From the NCBI RefSeq assembly GCF_039645565.1, contig NZ_CP147914.1, positions 709,573 through 741,572 of the forward strand: DNA of 32,000 nucleotides, written 5' to 3'. Origin of the DNA: Thiomicrolovo zhangzhouensis. Its GTDB lineage: Bacteria > Campylobacterota > Campylobacteria > Campylobacterales > Sulfurimonadaceae. Every line of letters starts with the position of its first letter. The stretch's first letter is position 1. The position numbers and the translations under genes were made by a program. Shown here piece by piece: positions 16,658 to 26,185 of this stretch. The notes under the pieces were generated by a model. The model was not told where the DNA came from. It worked only from the letters and a program-made list of their open reading frames with translations, and did not search any database.

Positions 16658-17668
16658 TTATTCCGCAAGGCCCAAAAGGTTGTCCGCGGCAAAGTGCGCC
16701 GCGCCGTCGAGGGCGGTTTCGGGATTGAGCGAAACGCGGACGGGTATTGCCGCGAGCAGTGGGGCGAAACGCCCCTTGGCCCGGAAACTCTCCATGAAAT
16801 ACTGCTGCAGAAAGGGGAGGATTTTCGGCGCGATCCCCCCGCCGATATAGACGCCCCCCGTCGCCATCGTTTTTAGCGCAAGGTTCCCCGCCTCGGCACC
16901 GTAGATCGCGGCAAAGAGTGCAAGGGTCTCCCGGCAGAGGGGGTCGTTGTGCAGCAGCGCCCCTTCGCTGATCTTTGCGCTGGGGTCTTCGTCCGGCCCG
17001 AGGCGGCGCATGAACTCCGGTTCCGGCGCGATCAGTTTCGTTTTCAGAAACTGGTAGAGGGTGTGGACGCCGGGACCGGAGAGGACGCGTTCGGTGCTGG
17101 CATGTTCGGGATGGCGTTCCCACAGCCAGGAGAGCAGCTCCTGCTGCAGCGGCGTGGCGGGGGCGAAATCGCAGTGGCCCCCTTCGGAACCGACCGGCTG
17201 GTAGCCCTGTCCGTCGAAAAAGAGCATCGCCTCGCCCAGCCCGGTCCCCGCGGCGATGACGGCACGGTTCCCCGTCCCGGGTTCGGCGGCGGGGTTGAGG
17301 TCCACAAAATCGACGTCGTCAAGGTAGAGCATACCGTAGGCGGTCGCTTCCAGGTCATTGAGCAGCCGGACCTTCGGCGTCTCCAGGCGTGCCTGAAGCT
17401 GCCGCGTGTCGATCTGCCAGGGGAGGTTCGTCGTTTTGCAGATGCCGCCGATGACGGGACCGGCAATGCCGAAACAGGCGGCATCGATCTTTGCGATGGC
17501 CGAGGCGTCGAGGAAGTGGTCGACGATCGATGTGAAATCTGCATGTTCGCGGCTGGCGTACTGCCGTTTCGTTTCAAGTTCGAGGCCCGCTTCGCGGAGG
17601 CGGTAGAGGGCGAGGTTCGTTTTGGTCCCGCCGATGTCACCGGCGAGGATAAGCGGCGAGCGTGTCAT
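16658..17668 (-). CDS. glk: Glucokinase
   Basis: 336 aa with the N-terminal ATP-binding motif LAGDIGGTKTNLALY and a glucokinase-family body (GPVIGGICKTTNLPW, AAGTGLGEA, GGVYIGGGIAPK). Confidence 0.9.
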   Translation of the reverse strand: MTRSPLILAGDIGGTKTNLALYRLREAGLELETKRQYASREHADFTSIVDHFLDASAIAKIDAACFGIAGPVIGGICKTTNLPWQIDTRQLQARLETPKVRLLNDLEATAYGMLYLDDVDFVDLNPAAEPGTGNRAVIAAGTGLGEAMLFFDGQGYQPVGSEGGHCDFAPATPLQQELLSWLWERHPEHASTERVLSGPGVHTLYQFLKTKLIAPEPEFMRRLGPDEDPSAKISEGALLHNDPLCRETLALFAAIYGAEAGNLALKTMATGGVYIGGGIAPKILPFLQQYFMESFRAKGRFAPLLAAIPVRVSLNPETALDGAAHFAADNLLGLAE

Positions 17669-20600
17669 TCGAAACCTTCTTGCAGGAGATGACGGAACGC
17701 GTCAACGAATGCGGCCTCGGTGTCGCGGGGAGAGCGGTGGTAGAAAGCTTCCCAGGCCTGTCCGCGCTGTTCGTTGTAATGGGCGTCCCCGTGTTCCGCG
17801 GTCCAGGCGAGGCGTACCGCGTGGCCGATAAGGACATCCAGTACGATATCGTTTTCGACCTTTAGTTCGGGATTTTGGCGGAAGAGCCAGGTAAGGCTCT
17901 CGATCGCCTCGAGGTTGAGCTGGCGGTACTCCGGGGCCTGGATACCCTGCAGCAGGGCGTCGATGCGCAGTTCGAAGCTGCGCTCGCCGGCGGTGGTATC
18001 GAGGGTCTGCTCGCTCCCGACACGGTTGGCGCTGTCGTATTTGTCCCCGATGACGATGCCGTCGCACTGCTGCAGCAGGTACCAGACATCCTTGTAGAAG
18101 CGTTCGGCGTGATGCCCGATCAGCCCGGCATCGTGGCGCCACTGCATCCAGTTCTCCACCTGTGACAGTTCGGTGATCCTCGCGACGGACTTGATGTGCG
18201 AAAAACCCGAAGCGCGGAGGTTTTCCATCTCGTTCATGCGCCGCCGCTCGGTGGCAAAGGTCTGGAGGACCTCCCGGAGGCGGTGCAGGATCTCGTGGGG
18301 GGCCAGGGTGAGCAGGGTTTCGTAGGCGTCGCCCACCGCCTGGGAGGTCTCGCGGCTGATGCGGCTGACAAGCAGCTGGACGAAGTACCAGGTCCGCACG
18401 GTGATGAGCTGATCGAACAGTTCCGGTTCGATGCGGATGAGGTGGCCCAGGTGCAGGATGATCTCCTGGGTCAGGACCGTTTCGGCGGCGCTGTTGCCGC
18501 AGTAGGCGTAGATGGTCTCGACGATGCCCGTGCTCTCCACCGGGTGGCAGAAGGTCGCTTTTTCGAAGTAGGCGCGCCCGACGGCAAGGCGTTTCTGGCG
18601 GATGATGATATCGAGCAGGACGTCTTCGAGGCGTTCGTCGTAGCGGTAGAGCAGATCCGCCAGGCGGCGGACGGCGGCCCAGTCGTGGCGCGCGGAGGCG
18701 GCTTCGTACTGCTGCTGTGCGATCTCCTTGAGGGGCAGCTCCCCTTCGGCGGTCTGCACCGCGAATGCTTCGCCGTGGCGGCGCCACAGCTGCTGCAGCG
18801 CTTCGACGGCGCGCGGGTCCGGCGTGAGCGCATAGAGCAGTTCTGCCAGGGTCTCATCATCGTGCTGCTCGATCTGCTGACGCTCGGCAAATCCCAGCTG
18901 GTAGGGCGCAAACGTCTCCGCAACGCTTGCGGAGGGGTCGCGCAGAGGGCGGAATGACGGTGTCTCGGGCAGGAAATCTTCGCGCGCACCCATCTGTTCG
19001 CGGGAGGCGGTGCCGAGCAGGGTGTGAAGCGGACCCGATTGGACCGCCGTCCCGCAGCAGCTGCCGGATTCGACGGCGCGGAGCAGCTCAAGCACGCTCT
19101 CCTGCGTCGTACTTTCGAGCATGTCGTCGCGCACGAGTAGCAGCATCAGAGGCCGTCCGGGCTGGTCCCAGTTTTCGGCCAGGAACTTCAGCGACGAGCG
19201 GACATGCTCGACGAGCAGGCGGTTGTCGTAATGGAGATAGAAGGCCCGGGGGTCGAAGTGGTAGGGGAGGAAGACGTAGGTTTCGTCGCCGATCTGGTAG
19301 AGACGGGAGGTGGCGATGGTGCGCGAGACCTGCTGGGGACGGCCGGAGAGGTGGAGCTTGCGGTTGGCGCCGACGCTGCTGAAAAGACGGGTGAGCTCCG
19401 AAGCGTGCAGGACCTTTGCCGGGGTGGCTTCTTCGAGCGTTTCCGTGCGGATACCGAGGGCATGAAGCCGTGCTTTGACGTCACGGCTTTCGGCGACGAC
19501 GGCGACGAGCGGTGTGGTCGTCCGGGTCGCCCCGACGCGTTCGCGCCGGCGCAGCGGGTCGATGTCGTCGGGAATGAGCAGCCCGTCGTCGAGCAGGGAG
19601 GCCAGCAGGTAGAGGCTCTGGGCCCAGACAAGCGGGACGTTCTCATTGGGACGGCGCTCCTGGGAACCGGGGGCGGCTTTTTCCGCTTCAATGAGCGCTT
19701 CGGGGACGATGTAGAGCTCGGGCAGCAGCCTCACGCCGTCCACCTCGACAAAGAGCGGTTCGAGTTTCGTTTTCCACTCCTGCGCCGCCGCCGTATCGCC
19801 GCGCAGCAGGGCATCGAGCATCAGGTAGGTGAAAAAGAGCGGCCACTCCGACTCGATATGCTCGAACTGGCGCAGCTCTTCGGCTTCGTAATGCAGGCGG
19901 GAGGTGTCTTCGAGCACGCTCTGGTGCCCGTCAAGCAGGAAGCGTTTGCAGCCATAGCGGCCGGCAAGCTTTTTGCGGATCTTCTGCGCCGTTTTGCGGG
20001 TCAGTTCGGCATCTTCGACGGCATAGGCGGGATAGCCGATGATGCTCAGCAACGCCGCATCGGTCTCTTTGGAGGTCGATTCGCGCGGCAGCAGGCCGTG
20101 GAGGGTGAAGCGGGAGCGCGCGATGTCGCTGGCGACGACGTGGATCACTCCCTCGAGCCCCCGGGAGGTGCCGTAGAGGTTGAAACCGTCGAGGGCTTCC
20201 AGGGCGGCCTTGGCCATACCGACGGAGCTGCAGTTGATCTCGGGGTCGCCGTGGTTGATCTTGTTGCCCCGTTCCCAGATCCCGTAATCTGGGGTGGCGT
20301 AGGTGCGGCTGATGTAGTGCACGAGGTTCTGGACGAAATCGACCTCGTCGTCGGTGTAGACGATTTGCAGCCCCGAGGCCGTCATCTGGGCCAGCATCAG
20401 CAGAAACAGCGAGGTGGCGTCGAGCTGCAGGTGCCCCCACTCGTTGTCGCCGACGACCGCGAGCCCGCTCTGGGTGCCGTACTTGGCGTGCAGTGCATCG
20501 AGGGGGTTCTGGGTGCGTTTGAAACGCTCGACGCGGTCGGACTGGCGCATCATGGCCGTGAGCAGGCCGCGCATCAGTTTGACGACGCTGAGCGAAAGCG

Positions 20601-20826
20601 AAAGGGAACGGGCATTGGCGGGATCATGGCGTTTGTAGGCCAGGGAGAGGCCCCAGACACAGAGGATACTGTAGACGTTGTCGCGTACCCACGCATCGGT
20701 GTAGTCGCCGTGCGCGTTGACCGCCGTACTGGCGGGCAGGAGCCCCGTCACGGCATCCTGACGCTCGAGGATGATCTTCGAGACGGCGTCAAAACGCTCG
20801 GAAAGTCGTGCTTCGAATGTCATCAT
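17665..20826 (-). CDS. Phosphorylase-kinase alpha/beta-like protein with GH15 (glucoamylase-like) domain
   Basis: By memory it is colinear with animal PHKA/PHKB. Shared blocks include TGLLPAS..DAWVRDNVYSILCVWGLSLAYKR, VVKLMRGLL, LHAKYGT, WGHLQLDATSLFLLMLAQMTASGL, DYGIWERGNK, SSVGMAKAALEAL, GRYGCKRFLLDG, ESEWPLFFTYL and LLPELYIVP. C-terminal blocks are ILTQEIILHLG and APEYRQLNLEAI. Its stop overlaps the glk start (ATGA). The start is uncertain (20826/20823, 20865 or 20916). Confidence 0.85.
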   Translation of the reverse strand: MMTFEARLSERFDAVSKIILERQDAVTGLLPASTAVNAHGDYTDAWVRDNVYSILCVWGLSLAYKRHDPANARSLSLSLSVVKLMRGLLTAMMRQSDRVERFKRTQNPLDALHAKYGTQSGLAVVGDNEWGHLQLDATSLFLLMLAQMTASGLQIVYTDDEVDFVQNLVHYISRTYATPDYGIWERGNKINHGDPEINCSSVGMAKAALEALDGFNLYGTSRGLEGVIHVVASDIARSRFTLHGLLPRESTSKETDAALLSIIGYPAYAVEDAELTRKTAQKIRKKLAGRYGCKRFLLDGHQSVLEDTSRLHYEAEELRQFEHIESEWPLFFTYLMLDALLRGDTAAAQEWKTKLEPLFVEVDGVRLLPELYIVPEALIEAEKAAPGSQERRPNENVPLVWAQSLYLLASLLDDGLLIPDDIDPLRRRERVGATRTTTPLVAVVAESRDVKARLHALGIRTETLEEATPAKVLHASELTRLFSSVGANRKLHLSGRPQQVSRTIATSRLYQIGDETYVFLPYHFDPRAFYLHYDNRLLVEHVRSSLKFLAENWDQPGRPLMLLLVRDDMLESTTQESVLELLRAVESGSCCGTAVQSGPLHTLLGTASREQMGAREDFLPETPSFRPLRDPSASVAETFAPYQLGFAERQQIEQHDDETLAELLYALTPDPRAVEALQQLWRRHGEAFAVQTAEGELPLKEIAQQQYEAASARHDWAAVRRLADLLYRYDERLEDVLLDIIIRQKRLAVGRAYFEKATFCHPVESTGIVETIYAYCGNSAAETVLTQEIILHLGHLIRIEPELFDQLITVRTWYFVQLLVSRISRETSQAVGDAYETLLTLAPHEILHRLREVLQTFATERRRMNEMENLRASGFSHIKSVARITELSQVENWMQWRHDAGLIGHHAERFYKDVWYLLQQCDGIVIGDKYDSANRVGSEQTLDTTAGERSFELRIDALLQGIQAPEYRQLNLEAIESLTWLFRQNPELKVENDIVLDVLIGHAVRLAWTAEHGDAHYNEQRGQAWEAFYHRSPRDTEAAFVDAFRHLLQEGFE

Positions 20827-20932
20827 TCCTGTCGTCCCGCAATGCAAAGTTATTGGGCTGATCATAGCATAAACACCCCGGTGCGGATGGAGGACGGCTG
20901 ACGTTTTTTTGACCACAGGCAGGAGTTTGAAA

Positions 20933-20951
20933 TTCTCCGCAGGGCGGAGAA
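20933..20951. promoter_or_regulatory. Perfect 8-3-8 palindrome in a divergent promoter region (candidate operator)
   Basis: The sequence is TTCTCCGC AGG GCGGAGAA. It lies 12 nt upstream of a TATAAT at 20964-20969. Confidence 0.4.
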
Positions 20952-20963
20952 GAAGGCATGAAA

Positions 20964-20969
20964 TATAAT
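20964..20969 (+). promoter_or_regulatory. Candidate -10 box (TATAAT) for the MopB operon
   Basis: A perfect TATAAT lies 52 nt upstream of the ATG at 21021. Confidence 0.3.
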
Positions 20970-21020
20970 GCTACGCATAAGCCAAAACGGGGTAGAATTG
21001 TCCCAAAAAACGGGAGCCCC

Positions 21021-22760
21021 ATGCAGAATAAAACCGCCTGTCCCCTGGACTGTTACGATGCCTGCAGCGTCGTCGTCGACGCGGGCAAACTCAAAGGGGA
21101 TAAAGCGCATTCCTACACCAACGGCTACCTCTGTCCCCACCTCAACCATTTCTGGAAACAGGAGCGTATCACCCAGCCGAGGCTGAAGGGCGAAGTCGTG
21201 TCGATGGAGACGGCCCTGGCGCACCTGGAGACGCTGGTGCGCGATGCCCGGGAGGGCAACGGGAGCCTGCACTACCGCAGTTCGGGCAATTTCGGCCTGA
21301 TGCAGGGGGTGACGGACCACTTTTTCGCTTCCGTCGGCGCGGCGCTTACAAAGGGCTCGCTCTGCGACGGGGCCGGGGAAGCGGGCGTGGTCGAGGGGCG
21401 CGGCGCGAACCGCGTGCTGCCGCCCGAACAGATCGCCGGGGCCGACGTCGTCATGGTCTGGGGGCGCAACGTCCCCGTGACCAACTCCCATCTGCTCCCC
21501 TTCCTCAAAGGCAAGGAGCTGATCGTCGTCGACCCCGTGCGGACCGCCTTTGCCGACAGCGCGGATATCCATATCCAGCTCAAACCCGGCGGGGACCTCT
21601 ATTTCGCGATGCTGCTGGCCCGTTTCATCGTCATCGAGGGGATGCATGACGCCGAGTACCTGGCCGAGCACGGCGAGGCGTTCGAAGAGTACTACGAGCT
21701 GACCCAGACAGTGCGGATCAAAGCCGCCCTTGATGGCATCGGGCTGGGGCTCGGCGATATCGGCCGGGTGCTGGAGCGGCTGCGGGGCAAAAAGGTGGCC
21801 ATCCTCGTGGGCACCGGCGTCCAGAAATACCGTCACGGCGACGAGGTGCTGCGCGCCATTGACGCCATCGGCGTGCTTTTGGGGCTGTTCGGGAAACCGG
21901 GCTGCGGCGTCAGTTTCCTGGGAAGCTCCTCCGCGGGGATCGCGTCGCCTTTTGCGGCAGCCCGCCGGTTCGAGCCCAAGGCGGCCGCCGCTTTTTCCGA
22001 TTATGACCTCGTCTTCGTCCAGGGGGCGAACCCGCTGGCACAGATGCCGGATACGGGGCGGGTGACGGACAGCCTCTCCAAAGCGGGGCACGTCGTCTAT
22101 TTCGGCCTCTACGAGAACGAGACGTCGGCGATGGCCGAACTGGTCATTCCGGCGAAGACCTTCCTGGAGAAAGCGGACGTGCGCACCGCCTACGGCCACA
22201 ATGCGCTGCTGGAGATGCCCGTATGCGAATCCGGTGCGACGGGCATCAGCGAATATGCACTGAGTGCGGCGCTGTGCGCCGCCTTCGACGTGGCCATAGC
22301 GTCCGAAGCGGCCTACCTGGAGCATTTCCGCTCCTGCGGGGAGGAAGCCGGGGAGAAGACCCTGGTACGGGGACGCGATGCCGTGCCCTATGCTGCAGGA
22401 TTCGACACGGATGACGGGCAGTTTTTATTCCTCGAGGAGTATGATTTCGACTTCGATATGCAGGAGGATTATTTCCTCATCTCCCCGAAGAGCCCGCGGA
22501 GCCTCAACTCACAGTTCGAGCGCGAATCGCAGGCCTTTATGCACCCGGGCTGCGGCATCGAGGAGGGGACGCCGGTACGGCTCGTCTCCGCGCAGGGAAG
22601 CGTCGTGCTGCCGCTGGCCCACGACGAACGGCTGCTCGCCGACTGCGTTCTGGTCTACGCCGGGACGCCGGGCGTCAACAATCTGACCTCTTCTGCACTC
22701 AGTTATGCGGGGGGGAACGCCTGTTACCAGGCAAACAAAATCAAGGTGGAAGCATGTTAG
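21021..22760 (+). CDS. Small cytoplasmic molybdopterin (MopB-family) oxidoreductase, substrate unknown
   Basis: The ATG at 21021 follows GGGAG. The N-terminal Fe-S Cys cluster is CPLDCYDAC...C, with no twin-arginine signal. The body is molybdopterin-binding and the C-terminal beta-barrel resembles a MopB dinucleotide-binding domain (GTPVRLVSAQGSVVLPLAHDERL). Confidence 0.8.
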   Translation: MQNKTACPLDCYDACSVVVDAGKLKGDKAHSYTNGYLCPHLNHFWKQERITQPRLKGEVVSMETALAHLETLVRDAREGNGSLHYRSSGNFGLMQGVTDHFFASVGAALTKGSLCDGAGEAGVVEGRGANRVLPPEQIAGADVVMVWGRNVPVTNSHLLPFLKGKELIVVDPVRTAFADSADIHIQLKPGGDLYFAMLLARFIVIEGMHDAEYLAEHGEAFEEYYELTQTVRIKAALDGIGLGLGDIGRVLERLRGKKVAILVGTGVQKYRHGDEVLRAIDAIGVLLGLFGKPGCGVSFLGSSSAGIASPFAAARRFEPKAAAAFSDYDLVFVQGANPLAQMPDTGRVTDSLSKAGHVVYFGLYENETSAMAELVIPAKTFLEKADVRTAYGHNALLEMPVCESGATGISEYALSAALCAAFDVAIASEAAYLEHFRSCGEEAGEKTLVRGRDAVPYAAGFDTDDGQFLFLEEYDFDFDMQEDYFLISPKSPRSLNSQFERESQAFMHPGCGIEEGTPVRLVSAQGSVVLPLAHDERLLADCVLVYAGTPGVNNLTSSALSYAGGNACYQANKIKVEAC

Positions 22761-23941
22761 ATACGATCAAATCCATGGACGAACAGTTCGTTCTGCCGAC
22801 CTATGCGCGTCAGGACCTCGCGTTCGAGAGCGGCGAAAATGCGCGCCTCAAAGATACGGAGGGCAAAGAGTACATCGACTTTACCTCCGGCATCGGTGTC
22901 GTCAGCGTCGGGCACGGCAACCCGGTCGTGAGCAAGGCGATCTGCGAGCAGGTGGGGCGCATTACCCACATCTCGAACCTCTACCGCATCGCACCGCAGG
23001 CCGACTGTGCCCGCCGCATCGTCGAGCGCAGCGGCTACGACATGAAATGCTTCTTCGGCAACAGCGGGGCCGAGGCGAACGAGGGGGCCATCAAGATCGC
23101 ACGCAAGTACGGCGAGGTGGACGGTCAGGTCAAACGCTACAAGATCATCACCCTCGAGCACTCCTTCCATGGCCGGACCATCACCGCGCTCAAGGCGACG
23201 GGACAGGAGGCGATGCACAACTACTTCGGTCCCTTCCCCGACGGTTTCGTCTACGCCAAGTCCATCGACGAGATCGAGGGGCTCATTGACGGCCATACCG
23301 TTGCGGTCATGATCGAACTGGTGCAGGGCGAGGGCGGCGTCCAGCCGCTCGACCGCGCCAAGGTACAGGCCCTGGCCGCCATGCTCAAAAAGCGCGACGT
23401 GCTGCTGATGGTCGATGAGGTCCAGACGGGTATCTACCGCACCGGCGAGTTCCTCGCCTCGAACCTCTACGGCATCGAACCGGATGTCATCACCCTGGCC
23501 AAGGGGCTCGGCGGCGGCGTCCCGATCGGGGTCGTCATGACGGCGAAGAAAGATATCTTCGCCCCGGGCGACCACGGTTCGACGTTCGGGGGGAACTACC
23601 TCTCCACGGCAGCGGCGAATGCCGTCCTGGATGTCCTCGAAGCGTATAAAGAGAGCGGCAAGCTTGACGAAGCCTTCCTCTATTTCGAGACGGAGCTCAA
23701 GAAGCTGTTCGAGGAGCACCGCGGCCTCTTCACCGATGCGGTCGGTTTCGGCATGATGCGCGGTCTGCGCGCCAAAGACGCCGAGACCCTCGCCCGCGTC
23801 ATTGCCAATGCCCGCGAAGAGGGGGTCCTCGTCCTCAAAGCCGGACGGAATACGCTGCGGTTCCTGCCGCCGCTCACCATCAGCCGGGAGGAGATGGATG
23901 AAGGGTTTGCACGCCTTCGCCGCGCTCTGGCTGCTCTGTAG
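22754..23941 (+). CDS. argD: Acetylornithine aminotransferase (class III PLP aminotransferase)
   Basis: 395 aa with the blocks LPTYARQDLAFESGENARLKDTEGKEYIDFTSGIGVVSVGHGNP, DEVQTGIYRTGE and LAKGLGGGVPIG. Its start overlaps the upstream gene by 7 nt, and AAGGTGGA is the RBS. Confidence 0.88.
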   Translation: MLDTIKSMDEQFVLPTYARQDLAFESGENARLKDTEGKEYIDFTSGIGVVSVGHGNPVVSKAICEQVGRITHISNLYRIAPQADCARRIVERSGYDMKCFFGNSGAEANEGAIKIARKYGEVDGQVKRYKIITLEHSFHGRTITALKATGQEAMHNYFGPFPDGFVYAKSIDEIEGLIDGHTVAVMIELVQGEGGVQPLDRAKVQALAAMLKKRDVLLMVDEVQTGIYRTGEFLASNLYGIEPDVITLAKGLGGGVPIGVVMTAKKDIFAPGDHGSTFGGNYLSTAAANAVLDVLEAYKESGKLDEAFLYFETELKKLFEEHRGLFTDAVGFGMMRGLRAKDAETLARVIANAREEGVLVLKAGRNTLRFLPPLTISREEMDEGFARLRRALAAL

Positions 23942-25193
23942 CGGCCTCTCTGCCGCCGAGCAGAACGCGACAGTCCTGTTCGGCGAGCAGCAGCCCTCCG
24001 CATCCGAACGGCAGGGCGTCTCCCTCGAAGCCTACCTCTCCGACCTCAAGCGCAAAGCCTTCGGGTACGATTATGCGAAGACCGAAGAGGAGAGCGCGAA
24101 GCTGCGCGACAGCTGGATCCAGCCCGCGGTGATCAGCTATACGCTCAACCGCCAGAACCCCTACAACGGGCAGGGCGCCCCGGAGACCCAGCAGGAGAGC
24201 GCCTCGATCGCCATCGACCAGCCCATCTTCCGCAGCGGCGGGATCTACTACGGCATCAAATATGCCGAGGCCTCGCGCGACGTCGGCATGCTCACCATCG
24301 CCCAGCAGGAGCGCACACTGATCAAGCAGGCGGTCGACCTGCTGATGCAGATCAAACAGTCCGAACTCGGCATCGCCAAACAGAAGCTGCAGGTGGACAA
24401 CACCGAGATCAACCTGCTGCAGAAGCGCGAACAGTATATGAGCGGGCAGCTCGACTCGGGTTTCCTGAACAACGCCATCATCGAACGCAACGTCGCCAAA
24501 CAGGCGCTGCTGGACCTGCAGACGGCGCAGGAACGGCTCGTAAGCGCTTTTGAGAGCATCAGCGACCTCGATTACCGTACGGCAACGATCCCTTTCCTCG
24601 CGATGGTGGATGAAGCGCGCTTCATGGACGGCACGATAGACCTGGCCCTCGCAAAGCGTCAGCGCGCGCAGGAGCGCTACAACAAAGACGTTACCCTCGC
24701 ATCGTACCTGCCGAGCATCAGCGTGCAGGGGAGCTACAACTGGCAGAAACAGGAGTCCTTCTTCTTCACCGGTTCGACCGCCATCAAATCCCAGCCGCCG
24801 GAGACGGCCTACTACCGCTACGGCGTGAAGGCCTCGATGCCCATCGACATCAACAGCGTCAACGACTACGAAGCGTCACGGCTGGCCTACCTCAAGGCAA
24901 AAGTGACCATCGATGATACGAAACGTGCGCTGCGCGCGCTGTATGAGCAGGTCGTTGACAATCTCCGGAACATCGACGCGAAGATCGCCCTGGCCAAAGA
25001 GAACGAGGCCCTTTACGCCACCTTGCTGCAAGACACCGAAGCGCAGTACGGGGCGGGGCTGAAAACGCAGTACGACGTCGAGCTGCTGGCCAATTCGCGC
25101 CGGATCGAGCAGCTCAGCCAGCGCGGCTACGAGATCGACCGCCAGCGCGAACTGCTGAACCTGTATGAAAAACTGAGCGACCCGGAACAATGA
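23898..25193 (+). CDS. TolC-like outer-membrane efflux protein (OEP family)
   Basis: The ATG at 23898 follows GGGAGGAG. The signal peptide is MKGLHAFAALWLLCSGLSAAEQ. The body has a two-fold repeated coiled-coil/beta pattern typical of OEP proteins. The start lies inside the argD 3' end. Confidence 0.75.
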   Translation: MKGLHAFAALWLLCSGLSAAEQNATVLFGEQQPSASERQGVSLEAYLSDLKRKAFGYDYAKTEEESAKLRDSWIQPAVISYTLNRQNPYNGQGAPETQQESASIAIDQPIFRSGGIYYGIKYAEASRDVGMLTIAQQERTLIKQAVDLLMQIKQSELGIAKQKLQVDNTEINLLQKREQYMSGQLDSGFLNNAIIERNVAKQALLDLQTAQERLVSAFESISDLDYRTATIPFLAMVDEARFMDGTIDLALAKRQRAQERYNKDVTLASYLPSISVQGSYNWQKQESFFFTGSTAIKSQPPETAYYRYGVKASMPIDINSVNDYEASRLAYLKAKVTIDDTKRALRALYEQVVDNLRNIDAKIALAKENEALYATLLQDTEAQYGAGLKTQYDVELLANSRRIEQLSQRGYEIDRQRELLNLYEKLSDPEQ

Positions 25194-26185
25194 GATTCAG
25201 CGACTATATGACCCAGTGGCTCTATGCCGACGACGGCTACTATGCGACCTACCGCCCCATCGGCAAAAGCGGGGACTTCTATACGGCGGTCAGTGCATCG
25301 AAATTCTTCGGCGGCACCATCGCCAAACACCTGATCGACGTGATCGACGAGGGGTTCTTGAGCCCGAACGCGACCGTCTGCGAGATCGGGGCGCACCACG
25401 GCTACCTGCTGGCCGACATCGTGGAGTTCATCTATACTCTGCGCCCGGAACTGCTGAAGACACTCTCCTTTGCCATCGTCGAACGGTTTGAACACCTGCA
25501 GGAGCAGCAGCGGCGCTACTTTGGGGACTCCTTCGGGGAGGCCGTCACACTGCGCCACTACACCGCGCTGTCGCAGATGCACGAGCCGGAGGCGTTCTTC
25601 GTCGCCAACGAGATCTTCGACGCTTTTCCCTGCGAACTCTATTACAAAGGGAAGACGGGACGGGTCGAGAACCACGAGATCATCTTCGACGTCGACGATG
25701 CCTGGGTGAAAGCGAAGGCGGAGCAGTTCCACAAGGACCGGGGCGAGATTGCCGTCGGGTACGAGGCGTTCGCAAAGGAGATGGCCGCGGCGGCACAGCA
25801 AAGCGAATTCATCACCTTTGACTACGGTGAGATGCAGGCACGCCCTGACGTCTCGCTGCGGGTCTACAAAGAGCACGGGGTATTCCCCTTCTTCGACGAG
25901 ACCCTCGACCGTGCCGATGCCTATAAAAAGAGCGACATCACCTACGACGTCACCTTTGCCCACGTCAAAGAGGCTTTCGAAGCCGCCGGGATGCCGATGG
26001 CCGAATACGCGACGCAGATGAAAGCTTTGGTGGAGATGGGCATCCTGGAACTGCTGGAGATCTTAAGAGCGAATGCAGACGAAAAAGTCTATAAACAGGA
26101 ACTGGAAAAGGTCAAAACGCTGATCATGCCGCAGTTCCTCGGGGAACGTTTTAAAATGATTCGATTCAGAAAGGAGAGAACATAA
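25190..26185 (+). CDS. MidA/NDUFAF7-type class I SAM-dependent methyltransferase (DUF185)
   Basis: 331 aa with the blocks YYATYRPIGKSGDFYTAVSASKFFGGTIAKHL, ICEIGAHHGYL, ANEIFDAFP and ITFDYG. Its start overlaps the upstream stop as ATGA. Confidence 0.75.
   Translation: MRFSDYMTQWLYADDGYYATYRPIGKSGDFYTAVSASKFFGGTIAKHLIDVIDEGFLSPNATVCEIGAHHGYLLADIVEFIYTLRPELLKTLSFAIVERFEHLQEQQRRYFGDSFGEAVTLRHYTALSQMHEPEAFFVANEIFDAFPCELYYKGKTGRVENHEIIFDVDDAWVKAKAEQFHKDRGEIAVGYEAFAKEMAAAAQQSEFITFDYGEMQARPDVSLRVYKEHGVFPFFDETLDRADAYKKSDITYDVTFAHVKEAFEAAGMPMAEYATQMKALVEMGILELLEILRANADEKVYKQELEKVKTLIMPQFLGERFKMIRFRKERT

Noticed and set aside
20827-21020. Possible Moco or other riboswitch upstream of the molybdoenzyme gene.
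   Set aside because: The putative 5' leader downstream of the -10 is only about 50 nt, and I see no resemblance to the conserved Moco-motif core. This needs an Infernal scan to exclude it formally.
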